Shown piece after piece: positions 30,710-39,679 of a DNA stretch of 64,000 nucleotides; the first letter of the stretch is position 1; each line of letters begins with the position of its first letter. The position numbers and the translations under genes are program-made. The notes beneath the pieces were generated by a model. That model worked only from the letters and a program-made list of their open reading frames with translations, did no database searches and was not told where the DNA came from. The stretch lies in the NCBI GenBank assembly GCA_949300385.1, contig CASGDZ010000002.1:111758-175757 (forward strand). The letters run 5' to 3'. The stretch comes from an uncultured Christensenella sp. Its GTDB lineage: Bacteria; Bacillota; Clostridia; Christensenellales; UBA1242.

Positions 30710-32932
30710 TTAAAAATCATTTTTATTAAAATCTTCAATTAAAAAATCTTTTAACAAAGTATATCGCTTAGCAGTGTAGTTATTATGAATCATTCTTGCT
30801 AGCATTTGTTTACTTCCTACTAAGACGACTGCTTTTTTTGCACGAGTAATTGCGGTATATAGTAAATTTCTAGTAATTATAATCGGAGCGCCTGGAACGA
30901 GCGGAATTACAACGCAATCAAATTCGCTTCCCTGGCTTTTATGAATAGTTATCGCATACGCTAGCGTTATCTGATATAATTCGCTAGACGAATATTTGCA
31001 TATTTTTCCATCGTCAAAACGGATGGTAACTTCGCGTGTTTCAGAAGTTATATTCGTAATGTATCCCATATCCCCATTAAATACGCCTGTGCCAGTAAGA
31101 GTAGTGCCATTATCTTCGTATTTTTCATATGGCAACTCGTAATGGTTAATGATTTGCATAACTTTATCGCCAACATGATATTTTGTAAATTCATTTTCTA
31201 TCTCTACGCCACTCATATGTGGATTTATGGTTATTTGAAGTCGTCTATTCAAATTATCTATTCCGCATGGCCCTGATTTCATAGGCGCAAGCACTTGAAT
31301 TTCAGATGGTTTAAAACCAAAATAGTTTGGTAGTCTAGTCGTAACCATATCTATTATAGTTTCGCTATTTTGGACTAAATCTTTACCTTCTGAGAAGAAA
31401 AAATCCTTGCTACTATTATCAATTATCGGCATTTTACCGCTGTTAATTAAATGAGCATTCGTAATAATTAGACTTTCACTTCCCTGTCGATATATATTTA
31501 CTAATTGAGTGGTGTGAACTTTTTTGCTTTCTATTAAATCACGCAGTACATTACCTGCCCCGACGCTTGGAAGTTGATCTTTATCGCCCACCATAATTAA
31601 ACGCGTAGTAGAGCGAAGTGCTTTTAAAAGATGATAGAATAACCCAACATCAACCATGCTCATTTCGTCAACAATAACTACATCTGCGTCCAACGGATTA
31701 TTTTCATTTCTGTGAAAAATTCCTTCACCTTCATGAGTGGGATTGACCTCAAGTATCCTATGAATCGTTTTTGCCTCAACGCCACTGCTTTCACTAAGGC
31801 GTTTTGAGGCGCGCCCTGTCGGTGCGCATAACAAAACGCGCTTATTTTGTTGCTTAAACATATCGAGAATACATCGAACAATTGTCGTTTTTCCTGTACC
31901 TGGACCGCCCGTAATAATTGACGCACCTTTATTTAGACTTGCGAGTACGGCATCTGTTTGCTCGCCATTTAGTTGAATTTTATTTAATTTTTGATAAAAA
32001 TTAATATGCTCTAAAAAATCAAATTTATCTTCGAATATATTAAATGATAATTTGTATAATTTTTGAGATATGTATCTTTCTTGATAATAGAATTTTGTTA
32101 AAACGACAATGTCTTCGCCATGGTAAGTAAAATTTTTAGTTAGACCTTCAATTTGTAAATAATCAATCGTTTTTTCTATTAAATTTCGTTCATTTTCGCT
32201 AAAATTTAAAATTTGTAAGCAATTTAATATTAAATTTTCTTTTGGAAGATATGTGTGACCCTCACGCTCGCTAGACAATTTTAATGTATATATTAGTCCT
32301 GCTTTAATTCTGTTTTCTCCGTACAAATCAATTCCGAGTTTTAAAGCAATTTTGTCCGCAGTAGTAAAGCCTATTCCGTCCACATCTTCAACTAGTTGAT
32401 AAGGGTTAGATTTAACTAATTCGATAGTGCGCTCTTTGTAAATATTATAAATTTTTATTGCTAAATTTGTCCCAATTTGATGTGATTGCAAAAACATTAT
32501 AGCGTTTTGCATTTCTTTCATTTCGTTGTATGCGTTTGAGATTTCAACCGCTTTTTGTTTGCTTATTCCGCGTATTTTTGCTAGTTTAATTGGGTTGAAT
32601 TCAAGAATGGATAAGGTGTCTTCTTTAAATTCGTCTACAATTTTTTTCGCAGTTACAGGACCTATTCCGTATATTAATCCGCTAGACAAATATTTTTCTA
32701 TTGCAGGCAGTGTGGTGGGCTCAATGACATGCGCTTCGTCTACTTTAAATTGTTCACCAAATTTTTTGTTAACCACGAACTCGCCGTTTAATTCAAGCGT
32801 CTGACCTTCGTAGACTTCAGGCAAATTTCCAACTGCTGTTAGTCGTTTGTTTTCGTATAACAAAACAATAACGGAGTAGCCATTCTCCGCGTTTCTAAAC
32901 ACTGTATTTTCAACCGAACCAACAATCTTCAT
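30710..32932 (-). CDS. recD2: RecD2-type SF1B ATP-dependent DNA helicase
   Basis: N-terminus MKIVGSVENTVFRNAENGYSVIV. Walker A ITGGPGTGKTT, Walker B VIVDEMSMVD, then LIMVGDKDQLPSVG and AITIHKSQGSEF. Confidence 0.9.
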   Translation of the reverse strand: MKIVGSVENTVFRNAENGYSVIVLLYENKRLTAVGNLPEVYEGQTLELNGEFVVNKKFGEQFKVDEAHVIEPTTLPAIEKYLSSGLIYGIGPVTAKKIVDEFKEDTLSILEFNPIKLAKIRGISKQKAVEISNAYNEMKEMQNAIMFLQSHQIGTNLAIKIYNIYKERTIELVKSNPYQLVEDVDGIGFTTADKIALKLGIDLYGENRIKAGLIYTLKLSSEREGHTYLPKENLILNCLQILNFSENERNLIEKTIDYLQIEGLTKNFTYHGEDIVVLTKFYYQERYISQKLYKLSFNIFEDKFDFLEHINFYQKLNKIQLNGEQTDAVLASLNKGASIITGGPGTGKTTIVRCILDMFKQQNKRVLLCAPTGRASKRLSESSGVEAKTIHRILEVNPTHEGEGIFHRNENNPLDADVVIVDEMSMVDVGLFYHLLKALRSTTRLIMVGDKDQLPSVGAGNVLRDLIESKKVHTTQLVNIYRQGSESLIITNAHLINSGKMPIIDNSSKDFFFSEGKDLVQNSETIIDMVTTRLPNYFGFKPSEIQVLAPMKSGPCGIDNLNRRLQITINPHMSGVEIENEFTKYHVGDKVMQIINHYELPYEKYEDNGTTLTGTGVFNGDMGYITNITSETREVTIRFDDGKICKYSSSELYQITLAYAITIHKSQGSEFDCVVIPLVPGAPIIITRNLLYTAITRAKKAVVLVGSKQMLARMIHNNYTAKRYTLLKDFLIEDFNKNDF

Positions 32933-32982
32933 TATAATATACTACTACTTTTTGTCCATTTTGTAAAACATAATTAAAATAT

Positions 32983-33011
32983 TTGGATAATAACATAAAT
33001 TTTTGTATAAT
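32983..33011 (+). promoter_or_regulatory. Candidate promoter of mscL (extended -10)
   Basis: TTGGAT (32983-32988), a 17-nt spacer ending in TG, then TATAAT (33006-33011). Confidence 0.45.
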
Positions 33012-33059
33012 GAAAGAAAATATACAAAGGAAAGTCGTTAAGTACTATTAGGAGAAATT

Positions 33060-33683
33060 GTGAAGAAGTTTTTTGATGATTTTAAAAAATTTATAAAAAG
33101 AGGAAATGTATTTGATTTGGCAATCGGTGTTGTTGTCGGTGCCGCATTTACAAGCATTGTGACAGCATTGTCTAATGGAATTATTATGCCGTTAATTAAA
33201 ATTTTACTTATGCGAATAGGTGGTAATAACTTCGATAGCATATACACCATATTGCATGGAGTTTATACCACCGATCCTGCTACTGGTCAAACTGTACTCG
33301 ACTTAACTAATAGTATTTATATTGATTGGGGCGCATTTATAACCGCTGTAATAAATTTCTTTATTATTGCCATCACCCTATTTGTAGTTTTGCGTGTAGC
33401 AATGCGTAGTAGCGAACTATTTAAAAAGGCAGAGCAGGAAATTAAAAAAATACATTTAACTAAAGCAGATAAAATAGAATTAAAAAATAGGGGTATATCA
33501 TTAAAGAATAAAGAAGCTGTTAAAGCATATAAAGAAGAAAAACAAAAAATGATTGAAGAAAAACTAAAAGCAGAGCAAAATGCAAAAGTTCAAGCGGACA
33601 ATCAAATGAAAATCCCTAATCAAGAACAACTTTTGACAGAAATTAGAGATTTGCTAAAAGATATGAAAAATTCAAGTAAATAA
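33060..33683 (+). CDS. mscL: Large-conductance mechanosensitive channel MscL with an expanded TM2-to-C-helix linker
   Basis: GTG start after SD AGGAG. FKKFIKRGNVFDLAIGVVVGAAFTSIVTALSNGIIMPLI near the N-terminus. C-terminal EQLLTEIRDLLK matches the MscL bundle helix. Confidence 0.9.
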   Translation: MKKFFDDFKKFIKRGNVFDLAIGVVVGAAFTSIVTALSNGIIMPLIKILLMRIGGNNFDSIYTILHGVYTTDPATGQTVLDLTNSIYIDWGAFITAVINFFIIAITLFVVLRVAMRSSELFKKAEQEIKKIHLTKADKIELKNRGISLKNKEAVKAYKEEKQKMIEEKLKAEQNAKVQADNQMKIPNQEQLLTEIRDLLKDMKNSSK

Positions 33684-33814
33684 ATTTAAAATTAATATCA
33701 AATTATTTATATCATATTGTATTTTGAATTATCTCTTATGTTTATGTAAATTGTATTGTTATTTGTTAAGTACTTTATTAATTGTTATACTATTTCTTTC
33801 TTATCGAAAACCAT

Positions 33815-33845
33815 ATGTCGTTTCTTTTTGGGCGACATTTTTTAT
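33815..33845 (+). terminator. Weak candidate terminator downstream of mscL
   Basis: ATGTCG-(12 nt)-CGACAT followed by tttttt. The stem is short and the loop is long. Confidence 0.3.
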
Positions 33846-34149
33846 TAAAAATATAAACATATAAGTAATCTAAATCTAAGATAATATAACGACACAATTT
33901 ATAATTCTAAGATTAACATGAAAATGCGATATATATAAACTCATATGACAAAAATTTTTTAATATGGTATGTTTACGAATTTATACATAATATAATTTTT
34001 TATAGCATAAAAATTTTAAAATGATAAAAAATGTTTAAAGAATACATTAAAAATTGATATTTTATTAAATTTTTTTAAAAAAATGAATTAAAATGAACTA
34101 TTTAAAAACTTTATCAAACATTTCATATAAGAAATTTTAAAATCACCTA

Positions 34150-34177
34150 TTGACAAAATCAATAATTCGGGTATAAT
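34150..34177 (+). promoter_or_regulatory. Promoter of the 1,077-aa GLUG protein gene
   Basis: TTGACA (34150-34155), a 16-nt spacer, then TATAAT (34172-34177). Confidence 0.6.
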
Positions 34178-34220
34178 AAAGTTAACAAACATGACTTTTA
34201 GTCAAGTGGAGGGGAAGGAT

Positions 34221-37200
34221 ATGAAAAAATTTCTAGCTGTTCTCGTCGCAATTGTAGTTGTAGTATGTATAGGACTTACAACTTATTATTTTTTGCGAAA
34301 CGACGAAGTGATCAGTTTTAATACAACTGAAATCTATTGCAACATAGGAGATAAAATCACTATTCAACAACTCGGCAAATCAGTTAAGCGTGAATCTAAT
34401 AAAACTACATATGATTACAACGCCGGTGGAGAAGAAGTGACAAATCATATTCAGTTTGATGAAAAGGCTGGATATTATGTCGTCAATGATACAAATGGCG
34501 GAGATGTTGAATTAGTTATTAAAACTTCTAACGAAAACTATTCCGAATTTAAGATTTTAGTGCACATTGGCGATGGTTCTGAAACAAATCCATTCTATAT
34601 TTCAAATGCTACTGAATTCGCTTCAATCGGTACAGGTATATTTGGTTTAAGCAAAAATTATATGTTAATGTCAAATATCACTCTTGGCGCCGATTTTATG
34701 CCTATTGGTACTACTAGCGGAGCAGAAACTAATTATGGCTTTACAGGTACATTTGATGGTAATGGATATACAATCTCTGGTTTAAATTTAACAGGTACTG
34801 ATTATTTAAACGCAGGTCTATTTACAAAACTTACAGGTGCAACAATTAGTGAATTAAAAATTAATGCACCTATTGTCAATGGTAGTTATTTGACAGCGGG
34901 TGCACTTGCAGGTACTATCACAAATAGTAATGTTACTAAGGTCGCAGTAATAGACGCAAATATTACAAACAATATGACAAGCCAAACATTTGTAGGTGCT
35001 TTGGCGGGCGCGATTGAAGGTGTAAATTCAAATGTAAACTTATCTTATGCAACAGGAACAGTTTCTGGTACAAGAGATGTATGTATTGGTGGATTTGCAG
35101 GTTTAATCAGTGAAGCAAGTGTTCAATCTACTTATGCAGAAACAGAAATAATTGTTGCAGAAGATGCGACAGAAACTATGGCTGGTGGATTTGCTGGTGC
35201 GTTTAGAATTGGCGCGTCTAGTGGTACAATAAGAGAATCTTATGCTTATTCTTCTTCAGATTATATTAACTTTGCTTCATTTATATCTAATATAATGAAA
35301 GTTAGCGAAGGAACTGATATCGAAAAGAATAAATTGACATATTTAATAGGAAACTATGTTTACACTTCTAATGACAAGATTATTAATGTAAACGACTTAG
35401 ACGAATTGGCAGAAGAAGGACAGACTTTTGAGTTATACAACTCAACTAAAGAAATTTACATGGTTGTACCTATTACGTCATGGTCGGATATTCAAGCTTT
35501 ACCTATATTCTACGCAGTTAATGGAAAAGTGACTTATTGGAGCGAGTTGAATTGGACATTAACTAGCGGTCAACCAACATTAAAAATTGATAGTGGTAAC
35601 ACTACCATTAGTCAAGTATCTAGCGAATATTTCAGAAAAGATTTAAATACAGAAATTGTAAATAATCAAGAAGCATTTATATCATTAATAGAGAGTGCAA
35701 AAGCATCTGGCAATACTATAGAGAATAAGAAATATGCACTTTCTGAGAATTTGACAATTGATGTATCAAGCATGGGTGAATGGACACCTATAACATTAAT
35801 AAATAGTGTTATTGATTTTAATGGTGCTACTATAACTGGTTTGACATTATCTAATGGCGTTAGCGGTGAAGACCAAAATGTATTGCTTGGAATGTTCTCT
35901 AAAATACAAAATTCTGCAGTCAAGAATTTAACAATTGACGGAGTAACAATAAGCGGAAATGCAACTTATGCTGGCGCATTGGCGGGTGTTGTAAATTCTG
36001 TTGACGCTAATCTTGGCGTCTCATCTATAGAAAATGTTAATGTAACATATGCGGATTCTGTAAATTCTACTATTGAGAATTTGGGCGGACTCGTTGGACG
36101 AATCGACAACGGAACAATAATAGAAAATAGTTCGGTTGCAAACATGAACACAAATAGTAGCGCAAATATTACTAATGTGGCAGGATTGGTTGCTGTAGTT
36201 AATGATAATTTATCTTCTATTAGTAATTGTGAAGTAAATATTGGCAATGACGGATATTTATATGCAACAAATGGTGTGGCTGGATTGGTTGTAGTTAATA
36301 ATGGTATACTTAACAATAACAGCGGTTCAATAAAAGTTGCTTATAATAGAAATGATGTCGTAGGTGATATCAATGTTGCAGGTTTAGTTGCTGAAAATAA
36401 TGGCTCTATTGTTGGTGGCGAATATGTCATTGACATTAACATTGATATGACAAATCAAGTTATCAATGTCGCTGGTATTACGACTACTAACAATGGCAGA
36501 ATAGAAAATATAACTTTAACTGGTGAAGGAATCAGTATAAAGAATGTACTTGCTGACGCAGTATATGTTGGCGGATTGGTAGTAAACAATAATGGTGCTA
36601 TTGATAATGGCTATAACTTAATGGAAAGTGTCGGAACTTATTATGAAGGTAAAAATTTTGTAGTAGGCGGTATCGCTGTATACAATTCAAATGAAAATTC
36701 TTCTATAAGACAAGTAATTGCAGGCTCTAATGTATACGGAAATACGGTCGCAGGTGTAGTTGTAGAAATGAACAATCGTAGCGCTCAAATTAATCAAGTT
36801 TTAGTAGCAGGATTTGACACTTCAACTGACACAATAACAGCAAAAGAAATTAAGGGCGATAAATATGTCGCTGGTGTTGCTTACGATTTATCTGCAGGAC
36901 TTATAACTAATGTTCAAGCACAAAGCAATTTGGTTGGAGCAACTAACACAACTCGGACTTCGCTTATAGTTCTTATCTTCCCAGATGGAGCAAAATTGAA
37001 TAATTCTTCAATTAATAGCACACTTGATGGAAATGGTACATTCTATCGCGAAACTTGGGCGGATTATGACTCAACTAAACCATTTGGAAGCATATCTAAA
37101 AATGCTAACTTTAATTTGTTTGCAGTAAATTCAGCAGCAGGTGAAATGCAAGGCGTTGTTATTAACACTGAGAAGGCTGGAGAACATGGTATATCTACTA

Positions 37201-37454
37201 TAAATGCAAGTTTTATTACAGAATATTTTGGTTCTACTTGTTCTTATGTTGGAGATGAAAATAGTAGTTTCTTTAAGACTGTAAATAACGCAGATTTCAT
37301 TAACTACACAACATACACAAGTAATTGTGTAATTACAGCACTTAGTGGTTGGTGGCAAACAACAGATTATTCATTTGCTATGAAATTTGATTTCAATGGC
37401 ACATGGTCAAATACGATTGACGGAATTAATCTAGCATTCGTATATAATATTTAA
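34221..37454 (+). CDS. 1,077-aa GLUG-repeat surface protein with N-terminal TM anchor (two GLUG modules)
   Basis: ATG 34221 is preceded by GGAGGGGAAGG, whereas the ORF-track ATG 34191 has no SD. MKKFLAVLVAIVVVVCIGLTTYYF anchor. NPFYISNATEFASIG...FTGTFDGNGYTISGLNL entry motif. Repeats include AGALAG, IGGFAG, LGGLVG and VAGLV(A/V). Confidence 0.9.
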   Translation: MKKFLAVLVAIVVVVCIGLTTYYFLRNDEVISFNTTEIYCNIGDKITIQQLGKSVKRESNKTTYDYNAGGEEVTNHIQFDEKAGYYVVNDTNGGDVELVIKTSNENYSEFKILVHIGDGSETNPFYISNATEFASIGTGIFGLSKNYMLMSNITLGADFMPIGTTSGAETNYGFTGTFDGNGYTISGLNLTGTDYLNAGLFTKLTGATISELKINAPIVNGSYLTAGALAGTITNSNVTKVAVIDANITNNMTSQTFVGALAGAIEGVNSNVNLSYATGTVSGTRDVCIGGFAGLISEASVQSTYAETEIIVAEDATETMAGGFAGAFRIGASSGTIRESYAYSSSDYINFASFISNIMKVSEGTDIEKNKLTYLIGNYVYTSNDKIINVNDLDELAEEGQTFELYNSTKEIYMVVPITSWSDIQALPIFYAVNGKVTYWSELNWTLTSGQPTLKIDSGNTTISQVSSEYFRKDLNTEIVNNQEAFISLIESAKASGNTIENKKYALSENLTIDVSSMGEWTPITLINSVIDFNGATITGLTLSNGVSGEDQNVLLGMFSKIQNSAVKNLTIDGVTISGNATYAGALAGVVNSVDANLGVSSIENVNVTYADSVNSTIENLGGLVGRIDNGTIIENSSVANMNTNSSANITNVAGLVAVVNDNLSSISNCEVNIGNDGYLYATNGVAGLVVVNNGILNNNSGSIKVAYNRNDVVGDINVAGLVAENNGSIVGGEYVIDINIDMTNQVINVAGITTTNNGRIENITLTGEGISIKNVLADAVYVGGLVVNNNGAIDNGYNLMESVGTYYEGKNFVVGGIAVYNSNENSSIRQVIAGSNVYGNTVAGVVVEMNNRSAQINQVLVAGFDTSTDTITAKEIKGDKYVAGVAYDLSAGLITNVQAQSNLVGATNTTRTSLIVLIFPDGAKLNNSSINSTLDGNGTFYRETWADYDSTKPFGSISKNANFNLFAVNSAAGEMQGVVINTEKAGEHGISTINASFITEYFGSTCSYVGDENSSFFKTVNNADFINYTTYTSNCVITALSGWWQTTDYSFAMKFDFNGTWSNTIDGINLAFVYNI

Positions 37455-37478
37455 TAAACTTTATAAACACAAAAAATA

Positions 37479-37505
37479 AAAAAGGCGAATAATTCGCCTT
37501 TTTAT
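37479..37505 (+). terminator. Intrinsic terminator of the 1,077-aa gene
   Basis: aaaaa-GGCGAA-taa-TTCGCC-ttttt. Confidence 0.8.
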
Positions 37506-37564
37506 TTTATATGTAAATTTTCATATTAATTATAAACATAAAACATTTATATTTTTAGTTCAAA

Positions 37565-37592
37565 TAAAAAAACGAAGGCATAGCCTTCGTTT
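37565..37592 (-). terminator. Intrinsic terminator of spoVG (minus strand)
   Basis: Minus strand reads AACGAAGGC-tat-GCCTTCGTT followed by ttttttt, 29 nt past the spoVG stop. Confidence 0.8.
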
Positions 37593-37620
37593 AGTCATAT
37601 AAACTAACAATTATTGAAGT

Positions 37621-37893
37621 TTATTCTTGACCTTTTGCTTTTTCTTGCTCGTAAGCACTTAGTAATAAAGAACTAAGTTCTTCCCTGGTTGCAGTGTTCG
37701 CTGGATGCACAATGTCTTTGTATTCTCCATTAGGTTTTTGTCTGCGAGGCATAGCGATGAAATAACCATTAGAGCCTTCAATAATCTTAACGTCATGAAC
37801 AACAAATGCGTCGTCGATAGTGAATGAGGCAATGGCTTTCAACTTGCTATCATCCTTAGTTACCAAGTTGATTCTAATGTCTGCTATTTTCAA
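37621..37893 (-). CDS. spoVG: SpoVG family protein
   Basis: MKIADIRINLV...LKAIASFTIDDAFVVHDVKIIEGSNGYFIAMPRRQ..GEYKDIVHP. SD GGAAGGTG upstream. Confidence 0.95.
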   Translation of the reverse strand: MKIADIRINLVTKDDSKLKAIASFTIDDAFVVHDVKIIEGSNGYFIAMPRRQKPNGEYKDIVHPANTATREELSSLLLSAYEQEKAKGQE

Positions 37894-38081
37894 GTCTGTT
37901 CACCTTCCCCTTTTTAGATTAACTACTTTGTAGTCAATAATATTTTACCTAAAAATTATTGTTTTGGCAAATGTTTTTAGTAATTATTTATTTTTAATAA
38001 CAAGATTTTCTAAAATAAAAAATATATAAATATATTTTCTAATTTAATTACATATTTTATCTTTTATTCATATAAAAAAAT

Positions 38082-39332
38082 ATGGATTCAAGTATAAGAT
38101 CAATTTTATTTTTAGGTATTGGTGGGGTAAGTATGCACCAATTAGCGTTATGTTACAAAAAAAGCGGATACGCGGTCTTCGGATATGACGCAAAAAAGAA
38201 TAAATACACGACAATTTGTCAAAAGGCAAAAATCCCTTTTACTACTCGATTTAATAGTGAGTTTACAAATGTCGATTTATGCATTAAGACAGGGGCTATT
38301 AAAGATGATAATAAATATGTTAAAATTATGAAATTAAAGCATATTAAAGTCATAGACAGGGCACAGGCTCTAGCAGATATCTCAAAAGAATTTAAGTGTG
38401 TTATTGCAGTGGCAGGTACGCACGGAAAATCAACTACTTCATCTCTAATATATGAGATTTTAAGGCAAGCAAAATTCAATGTTTCATGTCATATAGGTGC
38501 GGATGTATTTTCGCCGAGATTTGAATTGGGCGATGACTATTTGGTTGTGGAAGCGTGCGAGTATAATAAGAGTTTTTTGTCCCTTTATCCAGATATTTCT
38601 GTCATTACAAATGTGGAAGCGGAGCATATGGATAGTTATAAAACAATGTTTAATTTACGCAATGCTTTTTCAACCTTTTTAAAGCGTGGGTTAGTTAGAT
38701 TTGCGTATAATGACGAATGTAATATGTTTTTAAGGCGGGTGAAGAATGTTAAATTTGTGGATAAAACTGATCTTAATATATCGCCAAAGATAAAAGGCGA
38801 ACACAATCTTAAAAATATATCGCTCGCAATAGCAGTGGCGCAATATTTAAAAATTGATGATAAAATTATTGCAAAAGCAGTCAATTCTTTTATAGGGATA
38901 CCAAGGCGATATGAATTTATAGGCGACTATAATGGTATTCGCACATATATAGATTATGCGCATCACCCAACCGAAATTGAAGCATTTATATCTACTTTTG
39001 ACGAAGATTTTAAAAATAATTTAATAGTGTTTCAACCGCATACATATTCTCGAACAAAAAATTTTTTATCCGATTTTGTGCGCGTGCTATCAAAAGTAAA
39101 AAACCTATGTATTTATAAGGAGTATCCTGCAAGAGAAAAGCGCATTTCAGGCATGACAGCATACGAATTATATAAGGAAATAAAGAAGAAAAACACTAAT
39201 GTACACTACTCTGCAAGCGTAAAATCGGTTGTTGATAAAATAAAAAAATATGACGCAATTGCCTTCGTTGGAGCGGGTGATATAGACCAAATTGCTAAAA
39301 AGATTGTCAAAATAACTAAAAAAAAGTGTTGA
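38082..39332 (+). CDS. murC: UDP-N-acetylmuramate--L-alanine ligase (MurC-like Mur ligase)
   Basis: ILFLGIGGVSMHQLA, P-loop VAGTHGKSTTSSLI, and YAHHPTEIEAF. TGA stop. No SD upstream. Confidence 0.85.
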   Translation: MDSSIRSILFLGIGGVSMHQLALCYKKSGYAVFGYDAKKNKYTTICQKAKIPFTTRFNSEFTNVDLCIKTGAIKDDNKYVKIMKLKHIKVIDRAQALADISKEFKCVIAVAGTHGKSTTSSLIYEILRQAKFNVSCHIGADVFSPRFELGDDYLVVEACEYNKSFLSLYPDISVITNVEAEHMDSYKTMFNLRNAFSTFLKRGLVRFAYNDECNMFLRRVKNVKFVDKTDLNISPKIKGEHNLKNISLAIAVAQYLKIDDKIIAKAVNSFIGIPRRYEFIGDYNGIRTYIDYAHHPTEIEAFISTFDEDFKNNLIVFQPHTYSRTKNFLSDFVRVLSKVKNLCIYKEYPAREKRISGMTAYELYKEIKKKNTNVHYSASVKSVVDKIKKYDAIAFVGAGDIDQIAKKIVKITKKKC

Positions 39333-39357
39333 CAAAATAAATTATTCAATGTATAAT
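39329..39357 (+). promoter_or_regulatory. Promoter of the rpmE-prmC-prfA unit, overlapping the murC stop codon
   Basis: TTGACA (39329-39334), a 17-nt spacer ending in TG, then TATAAT (39352-39357). Confidence 0.65.
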
Positions 39358-39388
39358 CATACCGCTAGAAAATTTTTAAGGAGTAGTT

Positions 39389-39607
39389 ATGAAGAAAGAT
39401 ATACAACCAAAATATGTTGAAGTAACTTTCGTCTGCGCTTGCGGTCATGAGTTTAAAAATAAGACATCTAAGCCAGGAGTTAAAGAAGGAGACATCGTTA
39501 AACTTGAAGTTTGCGACAAATGCCACCCATTCTTCACTGGTCAACAAAAACTTGTAGACACTGAAGGTCGCGTAGATAAGTTCAAGAAGAAATATAAATT
39601 TAATTAG
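39389..39607 (+). CDS. rpmE: 50S ribosomal protein L31, Zn-binding (type A) form
   Basis: [20 protein letters not shown]...[37 protein letters not shown] upstream. Confidence 0.95.
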   Translation: MKKDIQPKYVEVTFVCACGHEFKNKTSKPGVKEGDIVKLEVCDKCHPFFTGQQKLVDTEGRVDKFKKKYKFN

Positions 39608-39679
39608 CGTTTTTTGCGTTCCTTTTTTGCATAGGCAGAATAGGTGCGCGTTTTTTTATTTAAAGGCGGTTATGTAAAT

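Noticed and set aside
34191-34220. ATG 34191 as the start of the third GLUG protein
   Set aside because: It has no SD. ATG 34221 has GGAGGGGAAGG upstream and yields a canonical Lys-Lys plus hydrophobic anchor N-terminus.
35666-37358. Antisense ORFs inside the 1,077-aa gene (35666-35923, 35966-36316, 37131-37358)
   Set aside because: Shadow ORFs, for the same reasons.
1-37454. GLUG proteins as IgA1-protease-like zinc metalloproteases
   Set aside because: I found no HEXXH (or HExxH...E) motif by eye in any of the three proteins. Only the non-catalytic GLUG-type repeats are shared.
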